Positions 18,656-29,186 of a stretch of 50,031 nucleotides of DNA are shown here, in pieces. Source of the DNA: a virus (lineage: Duplodnaviria > Caudoviricetes). The number at the start of each line of letters is the position of its first letter. Positions within the stretch are counted from its first letter, which is position 1. Both the position numbers and the translations under genes were made by a program. A model generated the notes under the pieces. That model had not been told where the DNA came from and made no database searches. It saw nothing but the letters and a program-made list of their open reading frames with translations. The DNA lies in IMG/VR virus record IMGVR_UViG_3300047561_001219, positions 1 through 50,031 of that record, one strand, 5' to 3'.

Positions 18656-20005
18656 ATGTCAACAATAAAAATATCGCAATTACCTGTCGTAACGACCTTT
18701 AGTTCTAATACTCAAAATACCATCTTTGTGGGTGTAGATTTGGTTGCAGGTTTAACAGGTCAATTTACAGCTAAGGCAATTGCTCAAAATCTATATTTAA
18801 ATAACACTCTTATTGTTGGTAATAATAATGTACAGTTTTCAAATGTTGTGGGGCAATTTTCAGGTAATAGTGCAACATATTTACAAATTAATAATCAAAA
18901 TTTTAATGCCAATGGTTCAGCAGATTATGTAGCATCTACTAGCGATTCAGATAATACTTTTGGTTTTGTTGACATGGGCATTGAAGGTTCAAATTATAAT
19001 GGTGTTGCTGCCGGTTATCCAGCATTTAAACCTTATGATGGTTATGTTTATATGGTGGGCAAAACAACTACCAGTCCAACAGGTAATTTAATTATTGGTA
19101 CACAAAATGCAAGTAATACTGTGTTTATTAATGGCGGTGTTAGAAATAATAACATTGTTGCTTTAATGACTGCTAACGGATTAGTATTGAACACTCAATC
19201 GTATCTTACTTTTGCTGACGGCACAAAACAGATTACTAACGCAGCAAGTTATAATTATACAACTACAGCATCAGCAGTAGCAAACAACGCTTCAGCCAAT
19301 TCAATATTATTACAAGCCGCTATGATTGCGGCTAACGCTAACATTGCTGTGAGCTTAACTGGTTCTAGTAATAGTGTACTTCTTCAAGCAGGTTTAATAT
19401 CGGCTAATGCTAACATAGCAATTGCTTTGGCTGGTGTTATTGCAGCTAATGCTAACATTGCTTTTTTACGAGCTGTTGATTTAACTCAAAATGATAATAT
19501 TACTACGGCAACAACTTTATCAACGTATGCAATTGGTGTACAATTCACTCAAAACACTCGAATTCAAACTGCTCAAAACCAAGCCAACGTTGCTGGTATT
19601 GTTGCTAACACTACTGCCGTGGTGGCCAATTCGGCAGTTCAAAATACTGCCGTGATTCAATTAAATACAGTTAAACTTTCCAAAGGAATCATTTATATTC
19701 CAAATGCATATCCAAATGCACAAACTGCAATTACTTTAGATTTTGCAAATGATTCGGTAATTCGTACAAACACTTCTACTGGATTAACAGTATCTTTTTC
19801 AAATTATACTGCTGGTAAAATAGTTGATATGTGGATTACAAATACTGCAGGTACAAATCAAACATTTACACACGGATGTACTGCACTTAATTCAACAGTT
19901 AATTCAACAACATACAATATTCCAGGTACATCAACCATTTATGTGAAATATATGTCGTTTGGAACTGATATTGGAAATACTTTTACAGCTATTATACACT
20001 CATAA
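18656..20005 (+). CDS. Baseplate-associated fibre/structural protein
   Basis: N-terminal KISQL motif; Ala/Asn coiled-coil segment (AANANIAIALAG) like the long fibres; beta-rich C-terminal domain. Confidence 0.6.
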   Translation: MSTIKISQLPVVTTFSSNTQNTIFVGVDLVAGLTGQFTAKAIAQNLYLNNTLIVGNNNVQFSNVVGQFSGNSATYLQINNQNFNANGSADYVASTSDSDNTFGFVDMGIEGSNYNGVAAGYPAFKPYDGYVYMVGKTTTSPTGNLIIGTQNASNTVFINGGVRNNNIVALMTANGLVLNTQSYLTFADGTKQITNAASYNYTTTASAVANNASANSILLQAAMIAANANIAVSLTGSSNSVLLQAGLISANANIAIALAGVIAANANIAFLRAVDLTQNDNITTATTLSTYAIGVQFTQNTRIQTAQNQANVAGIVANTTAVVANSAVQNTAVIQLNTVKLSKGIIYIPNAYPNAQTAITLDFANDSVIRTNTSTGLTVSFSNYTAGKIVDMWITNTAGTNQTFTHGCTALNSTVNSTTYNIPGTSTIYVKYMSFGTDIGNTFTAIIHS

Positions 20006-20008
20006 ATA
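20001..20008 (+). promoter_or_regulatory. Late promoter-like box before gene 8
   Basis: CATAAATA-aaac-ATG, overlapping the upstream stop codon. Confidence 0.55.
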
Positions 20009-20012
20009 AAAC

Positions 20013-21374
20013 ATGGCCTATAAAAATATATTAACTTACAATGCAAAAGTTTCTCAGGTAACTCAGGCTTATGCCGCACCAACTTCGGTATATCCTATTA
20101 CTGGTTTACCAATTGCCACAATTTATGTTGTTCTTTCCCGTGTTAATCCGTGGGGTGATGATTTAAATCCGGATGCGCCTCAGCAAAGTCAACAAGGTAT
20201 TAAATCTGTTTTTAAAAGTATATTTGTTGCAAAAAAAGTTAATGAAAATAATATTGCGCCTGTAATACAAAGAGTTGATTGGTTGTCAGGTACAACATAC
20301 GATTATTATCAAGATGATATTGATATGTTTGAAGTAGATCAAAATGGTTTTAATATATTAAATTTTTATGTTAAAAATCGTTACGACCAAGTATTTAAAT
20401 GTTTATGGAATAACAACGGTACAACATCAACCGTAGAACCATATTTTCAACCGGGAAACTATGGAGTAAATAATATATTTCAGAGTTCTGATGGTTACAA
20501 GTGGAAATATATGTACACGATTGATGTGGGTTCTAAAAAATCATTTTTGGACACAACTTGGATGCCTGTACCAATTGGTTTAAATACTCCGAATCCTTTA
20601 CAAACGTCAGCAGGTGTTGGAAGTATTGATGTAATTAATGTTACCAATGGTGGTTCTGGATATGATCCGGCAAATAGTGCAGTCACAGTAACTATAACTG
20701 GCGATGGTTCTGGAGCTACTGGTGTAGTTACTGCCAATGCTGCAGGATCAATTACTGATGTTATTGTAACAAACTCAGGAACAAATTATAGTTATGCAAC
20801 AGTATCTTTTTCGTCAGCTCTTGGTGGAGGTGCAACAGCTATATCTCCAGTAAGTCCAATTGGTGGTCATGGATTTGATCCTGTGTCCGAATTAACTGTA
20901 AAAGATGTAATGTTTACCGCTGAATTTAATGGTTCGGAAGGTGGGCTTATTCCAACTGATATTAGTTATTACCAAGCTGGCGTTTTAATTAATCCAACAT
21001 CATTACAAAATTACCCTAATCCGGCTAATGCACAAATTTATTCCGTCACTACCGATGTAGTTGTTTCAACAGGTTTTGGGATATTTGTAAGTAATGAAAC
21101 AGTTTATCAGGGTGCAACTAATCCAACATTTAGCGCAACCGTGTTAAGTTTTAATTCAACAACCAATGTGGTTAAGCTGATAAATATAACGGGAACACCT
21201 GTTGTCAATCAACCAATTTATGGCGCAACATCACAAATAGCTCGAACTGTTTTAACCAGCAATTCTCCCGATTTTGTACCATTTTCTGGTTATTTGTCAC
21301 AGATACAAAACAGAAGTGGTATTACAAGAAGTTCGGATGGAATAGAACAATTTAGATTTGTATTAGGATACTAA
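20013..21374 (+). CDS. gp8: Baseplate wedge subunit
   Basis: VIQRVDW.SG..YD.Y, FYVKN...QVFKCL.NN...STVEP, DGYKWKYMYTI, GGHG.DPV.EL, NRS.I.RS.D..E. Confidence 0.9.
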   Translation: MAYKNILTYNAKVSQVTQAYAAPTSVYPITGLPIATIYVVLSRVNPWGDDLNPDAPQQSQQGIKSVFKSIFVAKKVNENNIAPVIQRVDWLSGTTYDYYQDDIDMFEVDQNGFNILNFYVKNRYDQVFKCLWNNNGTTSTVEPYFQPGNYGVNNIFQSSDGYKWKYMYTIDVGSKKSFLDTTWMPVPIGLNTPNPLQTSAGVGSIDVINVTNGGSGYDPANSAVTVTITGDGSGATGVVTANAAGSITDVIVTNSGTNYSYATVSFSSALGGGATAISPVSPIGGHGFDPVSELTVKDVMFTAEFNGSEGGLIPTDISYYQAGVLINPTSLQNYPNPANAQIYSVTTDVVVSTGFGIFVSNETVYQGATNPTFSATVLSFNSTTNVVKLINITGTPVVNQPIYGATSQIARTVLTSNSPDFVPFSGYLSQIQNRSGITRSSDGIEQFRFVLGY

Positions 21375-21383
21375 AGGAATAAA

Positions 21384-24300
21384 ATGTCTTTAAATTTTAA
21401 CGTTGATCCGTATTATGATGATTTTGATCCTGCAAAGAATTACCATCGTATTCTTTTTAAGCCTGGTTTTGCCGTTCAAGCTCGTGAATTAACACAATCT
21501 CAATCCATTCTTCAAAATCAAATTTCTAATTTTGCTGACAATATTTTCAAGCAAAATACTCCTATTACTGGTGGTCAAGTCACAACAAATTTTAATTGTT
21601 ATTATGTTAAATTACAAACATCTTATAATAATTTAATTATTAATCCAGTAACTTTTATTGAAAAAGCAGTACAAGATGTTACAGGTACTATTAAAGCTCG
21701 TATTGTTAATGCAACTCCTGCCAGCGGTGCTGCCTCACGTTCCCTTGGAGATCCTCCAACAATTATTGTAACATATACATCTGGTGTACAATTTACTGAT
21801 GGTGCAGTAATATATGATTCAGCTACATTACAACCAATTGCTCAAGCAATTACTTCGGCCGCAACTGGTTCAAGTTCTATTGCTTCTGTTTCTCAAGGTG
21901 TATTTTATATTTCTTCTAATTATACGACAGCAGCTGGTGAAGTAATTACTAAAGGTACATTTGTACAAGTAAACCCACAAACTGTTATTTTGGACAAATA
22001 TGATAGTATTCCAAATTTGAGAGTTGGTTTAAATATTGTAGAATCAGTTACAACTTATTTGGATGATTCTTCTTTGTTGGATCCTGCTATTGGCGCCTCA
22101 AACTATCAAGCTCCTGGTGCAGACCGTTACAAAATTGATTTGTTATTAGAAACAAGGCCATTGTTATTAGGTAATGATGATACATTTATCGAATTAATTC
22201 GTGTAATTAATGGTGATGTTCAAACAATTGTAAACGGAACAGTTTATAATGTTATTGATGATTATTTTGCAAAACGTGATTATGAAACTAATGGTGACTA
22301 CATTGTTAATGATTTTAGATTAACTCCAAAAGCAAATACCGCTGATGCTTCAAATAATAGTTATATCATGAGTATTGGTAAAGGTATTGCTTATGTTCAC
22401 GGGCATCGCATTGAAAATCAAGCACCCGTAGATTTAACAACAAATCGTTCTAGAGTTACAGTATCACAAAATAATAATCCATCGTATATTTCTTATGGTA
22501 ATTATTTTTATGTTGATACAGTTCGTGGTGCAAACGGACAATTCTTTGACACAACAACATATGCCAATGTAGATTTTCATTGTGTATCCGTAGCAAACGT
22601 AAGTGTTGCAAGTTCTAGTTCTTATTCCTCGACTGTCGTGGCAACAGGTTATATTCGTGGATTAGAATTTGACCATTCTACTGATACAACTGCAAATTCT
22701 TATGTGTATCGCATGTATGTTGACAGTCTACAAGCAAACAGTATTAGTGCTAATGTAACAGCTGCAACTCCTAATACTGTAACTTTTCCATCTAATTTCT
22801 CTGCATCAAATACTGCATACGCAGGTATGACCATTAGCATTTATAATGGTACAGATGCTGGCGATACCCGAACAATTGTTTCTTATAACGGTTCATCTAA
22901 AGTTGCAACAATTAATCAAAATTGGACAACAACTCCCGATACAACATCACAGTATACATTAAATTTTGATATTAAATATGCAAATACAGTAGTCTTTGCA
23001 AATAAATCTTCTTTCCCAACACAAATATATGCTACTGCTCTTATTGACGAATCAAGCAAAGCAAATGGCGTTCCATTAGGTTTAACAACATTACAAAATC
23101 CAACATATCCAGAATTAATTTTCCCTGTTGGAAGTCCTTATGTTGCTAATTTAACAAATACAACATACACCACACAACAATTGTGGAGAAATATTGGTTT
23201 TACTTCTACTGGTGTTGGTTCTACGGTTTCAACAGCACTACAATATAGTGGTGACTATTCAAACATTATTCGTCATATTGGTACTGGCAGCACAACCCTT
23301 TCTTCTTCGTTAGTTAAACAAAATTTTGTTATTGTTGTTACTGCTGTTGGTGGAGGTTGTACATTAAATGTGGGTGAAATTGTTCCTTGGACAACAACAG
23401 GAAGAACAGTAACTTTAAATGCAGATGCCTCAACCGCAACATTACAAGCAACAGATGTTGGTGGTACATTCACAGCAACTATTCTTGCTACTGTTTACGC
23501 AGTTAATGCTGATAACACCACACATTTATTAAGAAACAAAACATTAATAACAGGAAATACAACAGTTATTAATTCCAGCAACACTCAAATAGCAACATAT
23601 ACTTTTGTAGATAACACAGCAACAACATCAAAAGGTCAAGTTTATATACAAAACGCTGGAATAGTAAATCCAGGAAAATCACAAAGTTTATATTTGTCTG
23701 ATGTTAAAAATATTGTTCGTATTATTGATACTGGTAGTGTAAGTGCTTTACCAACTGCTGGAATGTTGGTTGCTGGTTCTTCATATGATATAACTAATAG
23801 ATTTAATTTTGATAATGGTCAAAGAGATGGATTTTATGACCATGCTTCAATTACATTAAAATCTGGATATCCTAAACCTTCTGGCAATATGTTAGTTGTT
23901 TTAAATTACTATCAGCACACCGGCGGAGATGGATATTTTAGTGTACAATCTTATTCCAATGAATCTTATCAACAAATTCCACAATACAGTAGTAAAGCTG
24001 GTATAATATATGCACTCAGAGATTGTTTAGATTTTAGACCTGCACGATTAAATGCTCAAACATTATTTACTTTCTTGTATTCAAATGCCGGCGACACAAC
24101 AAAGTATGGAACATTCTTACCTTTAGATATGTCCACTTTTACAAGTTATTATAACTATTATTTGGGTAGAAAAGATAAATTAGTTTTAACAAAAGATAAA
24201 AGTTTTAAAATCATTGAAGGAACTCCTTCCTTAACTCCTTTATTTCCATCTCAACCCGATGGTTCACTCGTAATAGCAAATCTAACTTTAGATCCCTATA

Positions 24301-27300
24301 CCGGTTATTTACCAACAGAAGCACCTTCTGGTTTTGTGTCAAATCTGTCAATTGAAAAGGTTAAACACAAACGATATACAATGGAAGATATTGCAGGATT
24401 AGAAAAACGTATTAATAATGTTGAATACTATGCATCGTTAAGTCAGTTGGAACAAACTGCAACCTCTCAACAAATTTCTGATGCTTATGGATTAAATCGA
24501 TTTAAAAACGGTATTATTGTTGATGACTTCTCTAGTTACGCAACTGCCGACACTTTAAGTCAAGATTATTCTGCTACCATTAATCGCCGTGAAAGAAAAA
24601 TGACGGCATCACAGAGTGTTAAGAATTATCCATTAAAAGCTTCAGCTTTAGCTTATAACATGGGTTTACCTTCTTCAGCAACTTCAAGTGCATTAGGTTA
24701 CAATATTAGTTATGATGGTTATGTAAATTATTTTACTTTACCTTACACAACAGCAAATGTGTTTAGTCAAAAATTAGCTTCTAGAACAACTAATGTCAAT
24801 CCTTTTGCTTATGTAACCCGAGAAGGTGTAGTATCTTTATCTCCAAATGTAGATAATTGGGTTGATACAAATTATTCTCCAGCATTATTAATTACTGATC
24901 CAAATTTACAAGTATTTCAAGCAAACGCAGCTGCAATCAACGTAATGACTGTTGGTGATTGGAAAACAATTTCAGGAACATCAGAATCTAGAACCAGTTT
25001 TGCAAATCGTACTTTAACTACAAGAACAACAACTGTAACTAATCAATCAAAAACAGACATTCTTGGTCCGTATGATAAAATTGGTAGCACTTATGCATTA
25101 AATAATGGATATATTACTGATATTTCTATTTTACCATATATTAGACCTCAACAAATTGTTGTTCGAACAACAAGTCTGTTGACAAATTCTCCAGTTACGG
25201 CATATTTTGACAACATAAGCGTTACAAATTATATTCGTAAAACAAACATTATTGAATTAACAAATGTTAGTGGCACATTTAAAGAAAATGATGTATTGGG
25301 TTATTATTCAAGTGGTGTATTTACTCCAACTGCAAGAGTTGTTGGTGTGTATAATTATGTTGGTAATACCAACACAAGATTATATGTTGCAGCTGATCCA
25401 TCTTCTACAACATATAATAATTCTTTATCTTTAGTAAATGGATTCTTTGATGTGGCTGGAATTTATCAAGGTAATACTGCAATAGGCACAATAAATTCAA
25501 CTCAACATTTTGGTGGTAGAATTCAAAACGCCAATAGCACAACATCGGTTCAATTGTCTAAATTGGCATCAACAACAAATGGTTATTATACTGGTAACAC
25601 AATTTATATTTGTGCCGGTACAGGTAAAAATCAGGCTGTAACAATTTCTAATTACTATGGTGCAAATCAAGTTGCTGTATTATCTTCTTCTGTCACTATT
25701 GCAAATGGCGACATTTATTCTATTGGAAGTTTCTCGACTGACGAAACTGGTTCTTTCTATGGTATCTTTAATTTACCAGAAAATACTTTCCATACTGGAC
25801 AAAGAGTGTTGCGTATTGATAACAGTACTGGAGGCAACAAAACTTCAGCAACAACATACGCAGAAGCAACTTATTATGCTGAAGGCTTACAAACAACTCA
25901 ACAACAAGTAGATTTTGGTGCTTCTCCTGCTGGCGCCAGAGGCACATTTACTCAAACCTCACAACAACAATTAACATCCGTTTCTATATCTCAAACTCCT
26001 TGGGATCCAGTAGCGCAATCATTTATTGTTTCTAAGAAAAACTATCCGAATGGCATTTTCTTAAATTCTATTAAATTATTTTTTAGGTCTAAACCTACAA
26101 CAGAAAATGTTCCTGTATCATTGTATATGGTAGGTACATTAAACGGTTATCCTAACGGAGATACATTAGACCATTCGGTTGTTACTTTGACACCAGATAT
26201 GGTTAACATATCTGAAACTCCACAATATTTGGATGGCACAACTTCAACAGTCTTTCAATTTTCTGTACCAGTTTATATTCAATCCGATGTATTATACGCA
26301 TTTATTGTAAAATCAGATAGTAATCAATATACATTATGGACTGCTGCTAACGGAGATACAGCTGTAGGTTCTTCTGCCAAAAATTTACCTACCGACAATA
26401 CACCTTCTGTTGTTACTAAAATTGGTGGTGCACCTTATGTTGGAGGTTTGTTTATATCTCAAAATTCTCAAACATGGACTGCTGACCAAAATCAAGCATT
26501 AATGATGGTTGCGGATCAATGTGTATTTACAACTAGCGCAAGTCCTCAAGTTTCTTATGTAATACCAAAATTATCGCCACAGAGAACTTTAATTGAACAA
26601 TCTGTTGATTATTATACAAATGCAAACAATGTTTCAAGTGTTTTGAATTCAATTTCAAATGCTACGACATATGCTGATGCATTTAATATTACAACAACAG
26701 ATTTTACTCCTACCACAACACAACTTTCATATAATTATGTGGCCACATTAGCATCCGGTTCAAGTGCTGGTTATAAAAATATTACACCTGGAAAATATGG
26801 TACGGCAACGGCGGATGACATATATTTAAATGATGGTAATGGTGAAAGAGTAATTTTACCATATTCAAATAATTCATTTATATTAAATGCAACATTGTCC
26901 TCTACTGATTCTTATGTCAGTCCAGTAATTTCTGATGCTGGTTTAAGTGCCTTTGTAATTAAATGGAATATTAACAATTGCTCAATATCAAATAGTTTAA
27001 TTCAATTAGCATCTGGTGGAACAGGTTATAGTAATAACGCAAACCTTTCTGTAACAATATCTGCACCAACAGGAATTGGTGGTTCTCCTGCAATCGCTGC
27101 AGCTAATGTACAAAATGGAGTTATTAAATCAATTTATATTACCAACGGTGGTTCAGGTTATCTGACAACACCAACAATTACAATTACTGATGCCAATACA
27201 GCTGGTCCAGGTACTGGTGCTTCCGCTAACATAATTGGTGAAACTTCTCAAGTTGGTGGTCCTGCTCTTGCAAAATATGTAACAAGACCAATTCAATTAG

Positions 27301-27692
27301 CACAAGGCAATGATTCTGGTGACTTAAATGTTTATTTAACTGCTTACAGGCCTCCAAATACAGATATTAATGTTTACTACAAAATATTAAATCGTAACGA
27401 CACGCAAGGCCTTAATAGTAGTTCTTGGCAGTTAATGACAAAAATTAATAATAGTAATACACAATTTTCATTAGCTAGAACAGATACTTATGAATATGCT
27501 TTTGCTCCTGGAACAACAGGTGTTGACCAAGGTTATGTAAGTTATGTGAGTGCAACAACAGGCCAAACATATACATCGTTTAGTCAATTTGCAATTAAGA
27601 TTGTTTTGACAACAACCGATAATACTTTTGTTCCTTTTGTAACAGATATGCGAGCACTTGCTTTACCGTCTAACGTAACCACGGCATTCTAA
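21384..27692 (+). CDS. Large virion structural protein (VrlC / DUF4815-like)
   Basis: NFNVDPYYDDFD..KNYHRILFKPGFAVQARELTQ.QSILQNQI, APGADRYKI, RFKNGIIVDDF, DPVAQSF, D.RALA. Confidence 0.85.
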   Translation: MSLNFNVDPYYDDFDPAKNYHRILFKPGFAVQARELTQSQSILQNQISNFADNIFKQNTPITGGQVTTNFNCYYVKLQTSYNNLIINPVTFIEKAVQDVTGTIKARIVNATPASGAASRSLGDPPTIIVTYTSGVQFTDGAVIYDSATLQPIAQAITSAATGSSSIASVSQGVFYISSNYTTAAGEVITKGTFVQVNPQTVILDKYDSIPNLRVGLNIVESVTTYLDDSSLLDPAIGASNYQAPGADRYKIDLLLETRPLLLGNDDTFIELIRVINGDVQTIVNGTVYNVIDDYFAKRDYETNGDYIVNDFRLTPKANTADASNNSYIMSIGKGIAYVHGHRIENQAPVDLTTNRSRVTVSQNNNPSYISYGNYFYVDTVRGANGQFFDTTTYANVDFHCVSVANVSVASSSSYSSTVVATGYIRGLEFDHSTDTTANSYVYRMYVDSLQANSISANVTAATPNTVTFPSNFSASNTAYAGMTISIYNGTDAGDTRTIVSYNGSSKVATINQNWTTTPDTTSQYTLNFDIKYANTVVFANKSSFPTQIYATALIDESSKANGVPLGLTTLQNPTYPELIFPVGSPYVANLTNTTYTTQQLWRNIGFTSTGVGSTVSTALQYSGDYSNIIRHIGTGSTTLSSSLVKQNFVIVVTAVGGGCTLNVGEIVPWTTTGRTVTLNADASTATLQATDVGGTFTATILATVYAVNADNTTHLLRNKTLITGNTTVINSSNTQIATYTFVDNTATTSKGQVYIQNAGIVNPGKSQSLYLSDVKNIVRIIDTGSVSALPTAGMLVAGSSYDITNRFNFDNGQRDGFYDHASITLKSGYPKPSGNMLVVLNYYQHTGGDGYFSVQSYSNESYQQIPQYSSKAGIIYALRDCLDFRPARLNAQTLFTFLYSNAGDTTKYGTFLPLDMSTFTSYYNYYLGRKDKLVLTKDKSFKIIEGTPSLTPLFPSQPDGSLVIANLTLDPYTGYLPTEAPSGFVSNLSIEKVKHKRYTMEDIAGLEKRINNVEYYASLSQLEQTATSQQISDAYGLNRFKNGIIVDDFSSYATADTLSQDYSATINRRERKMTASQSVKNYPLKASALAYNMGLPSSATSSALGYNISYDGYVNYFTLPYTTANVFSQKLASRTTNVNPFAYVTREGVVSLSPNVDNWVDTNYSPALLITDPNLQVFQANAAAINVMTVGDWKTISGTSESRTSFANRTLTTRTTTVTNQSKTDILGPYDKIGSTYALNNGYITDISILPYIRPQQIVVRTTSLLTNSPVTAYFDNISVTNYIRKTNIIELTNVSGTFKENDVLGYYSSGVFTPTARVVGVYNYVGNTNTRLYVAADPSSTTYNNSLSLVNGFFDVAGIYQGNTAIGTINSTQHFGGRIQNANSTTSVQLSKLASTTNGYYTGNTIYICAGTGKNQAVTISNYYGANQVAVLSSSVTIANGDIYSIGSFSTDETGSFYGIFNLPENTFHTGQRVLRIDNSTGGNKTSATTYAEATYYAEGLQTTQQQVDFGASPAGARGTFTQTSQQQLTSVSISQTPWDPVAQSFIVSKKNYPNGIFLNSIKLFFRSKPTTENVPVSLYMVGTLNGYPNGDTLDHSVVTLTPDMVNISETPQYLDGTTSTVFQFSVPVYIQSDVLYAFIVKSDSNQYTLWTAANGDTAVGSSAKNLPTDNTPSVVTKIGGAPYVGGLFISQNSQTWTADQNQALMMVADQCVFTTSASPQVSYVIPKLSPQRTLIEQSVDYYTNANNVSSVLNSISNATTYADAFNITTTDFTPTTTQLSYNYVATLASGSSAGYKNITPGKYGTATADDIYLNDGNGERVILPYSNNSFILNATLSSTDSYVSPVISDAGLSAFVIKWNINNCSISNSLIQLASGGTGYSNNANLSVTISAPTGIGGSPAIAAANVQNGVIKSIYITNGGSGYLTTPTITITDANTAGPGTGASANIIGETSQVGGPALAKYVTRPIQLAQGNDSGDLNVYLTAYRPPNTDINVYYKILNRNDTQGLNSSSWQLMTKINNSNTQFSLARTDTYEYAFAPGTTGVDQGYVSYVSATTGQTYTSFSQFAIKIVLTTTDNTFVPFVTDMRALALPSNVTTAF

Positions 27693-27693
27693 C

Positions 27694-27921
27694 ATGATAG
27701 TTCAAATACCTGGCACCAGTTTAGTTCGTGATACTACATCAATGGCTCTAATTAATCAAGACCAAAGTGGTTTAAATGAATATATGAAAAAGAGAAAGAT
27801 TTTGGAAAGTCAAAAAAACGAAATAAATAATATGAAATCAGATATTTCTGAGCTTAAAGGCGATATGCAAGAAATCAAACAATTAATTTTAAAATTAGTG
27901 GAAAAGTCAAATGGCAGCTAA
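27694..27921 (+). CDS. Small coiled-coil protein after the VrlC-like gene
   Basis: LVRD..S.ALIN followed by a heptad repeat (EINNMKSDISELKGDMQEIKQLI). Confidence 0.75.
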   Translation: MIVQIPGTSLVRDTTSMALINQDQSGLNEYMKKRKILESQKNEINNMKSDISELKGDMQEIKQLILKLVEKSNGS

Positions 27922-29053
27922 TACAATATCAACCCTTAGTTACGCCAATACTTTTGGAGATTGGGTAGTTGCAACAAATTTCTTGATTAATCAAAATAAT
28001 CAAGTTTCATCCAACAGTTTCACAAAAGCAGCTGGTACATATTATTTTAATGATCCATCATTAGGTCTGTCCGTTGCAAACAATGCAATTATTGGTGGTG
28101 GATTTCAAGTTGTTGGTACAGGATCTTACGCAATCATTCAAAATGGTCTTACCGCAAGTCAAGGAACATTTTCAAATACTGGAACAAGTTTAACTGTAAC
28201 TGGTCAATCTCAATTTAGTAATACAATTTTTGCAACAGGTAATACAGGTTTATCTGTGTCAAATAATGCAACAATTGGTGCATCACTTACAGTAAGTGGA
28301 AATACTTCATTAAACACATTAACCGTTTCAAATGGTGCATCAATTATAGGATCCACAAATTTTAATGGCAGTTTAATTGTTGGTGGTTCTACTGCTTATA
28401 ATTATAGTACAGGATTATGGAATATTAATATTACAGGAACTGCAGGTAATGCAAATACTGTAACAAATGGTGTTTATAGTAATCAATTATATTCTAATCC
28501 AGTTTTTATTACTTCACTTGCAAATACTAAAATTAGTGGTTATATAACAGGCAGTCAAATTGCTCCTGGTACAATGGTTACATCACTTACTGGTACAACC
28601 AATCAAGTGACTGTAAGTTCTAGTACAGGTGGCGTTACATTGTCTACTCCACAAAATATTGGTACTGCTGCAAATTTTCAAATTAATTCTCTTGGAGTTG
28701 GTGTTAGCGCTCCAGGCGCTGCCGGAGAAATTCGTGCCACCAACAATATTACTGCTTACTATTCAGACGATAGATTAAAAACTCGTTTAGGCAATATTGA
28801 AAGCGCTTTGTCTAAAGTGTTGAGTTTGAACGGATTTCATTATGAAGCTAATAAAACCGCACAAGATTTGGGTTATAATGTTAAACCGGAAGTTGGCCTT
28901 TCAGCGCAAGAGGTTCAAGCTGTATTACCTGAAGTTGTTGTACCCGCTCCAATCGATGAAAAGTATTTGACAATTCATTATGAAAGAATTATACCACTTT
29001 TAGTTGAGGCAATTAAAGAACTAAAAGCTGAAGTGGATAGTCTTAAAAAGTAA
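27911..29053 (+). CDS. Tail fibre with C-terminal intramolecular chaperone (peptidase S74)
   Basis: ITAYY/SDDRLK..I..AL.KV..LNG..Y, GLSAQEVQ.VLPEVV, Y.RIIPLLVEAIKEL coiled coil. Confidence 0.9.
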   Translation: MAANTISTLSYANTFGDWVVATNFLINQNNQVSSNSFTKAAGTYYFNDPSLGLSVANNAIIGGGFQVVGTGSYAIIQNGLTASQGTFSNTGTSLTVTGQSQFSNTIFATGNTGLSVSNNATIGASLTVSGNTSLNTLTVSNGASIIGSTNFNGSLIVGGSTAYNYSTGLWNINITGTAGNANTVTNGVYSNQLYSNPVFITSLANTKISGYITGSQIAPGTMVTSLTGTTNQVTVSSSTGGVTLSTPQNIGTAANFQINSLGVGVSAPGAAGEIRATNNITAYYSDDRLKTRLGNIESALSKVLSLNGFHYEANKTAQDLGYNVKPEVGLSAQEVQAVLPEVVVPAPIDEKYLTIHYERIIPLLVEAIKELKAEVDSLKK

Positions 29054-29131
29054 AAATTCGAAATTTTGCGTTCCGGCCCAAGAATTCTCCGGACGGTATC
29101 CTAGAGTTGGAAAAGCGAATTTACTTTTGAG
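29042..29131. other. Structured intergenic element (nested inverted repeats; candidate ncRNA or cis element)
   Basis: Outer arms AAAAGTAAA(AA)TTCG / CGAATTTACTTTT; inner arms CGT(T)CCGG / CCGGACG; GC-richer than its flanks. Confidence 0.5.
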
Positions 29132-29147
29132 CTAAGGTAGGTATTGA

Positions 29148-29155
29148 CATAAATA
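29148..29155 (+). promoter_or_regulatory. Late promoter-like box for the fibre/spike operon
   Basis: CATAAATA in the longest intergenic gap, ~30 nt before AGGA RBS-ATG. Confidence 0.6.
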
Positions 29156-29186
29156 TCCAATAGAATAATGACTTCAGGAATTTTAA

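Noticed and set aside
29042-29131. Structured element as a tRNA
   Set aside because: No D-arm or T-arm consensus in proper spacing, and the closing stem is too long and AU-rich for an acceptor stem.
29144-29172. TTGACA as a sigma70 -35 box
   Set aside because: The nearest -10-like hexamer (TAGAAT) is only 11 nt away; the overlapping CATAAATA late box explains the site better.
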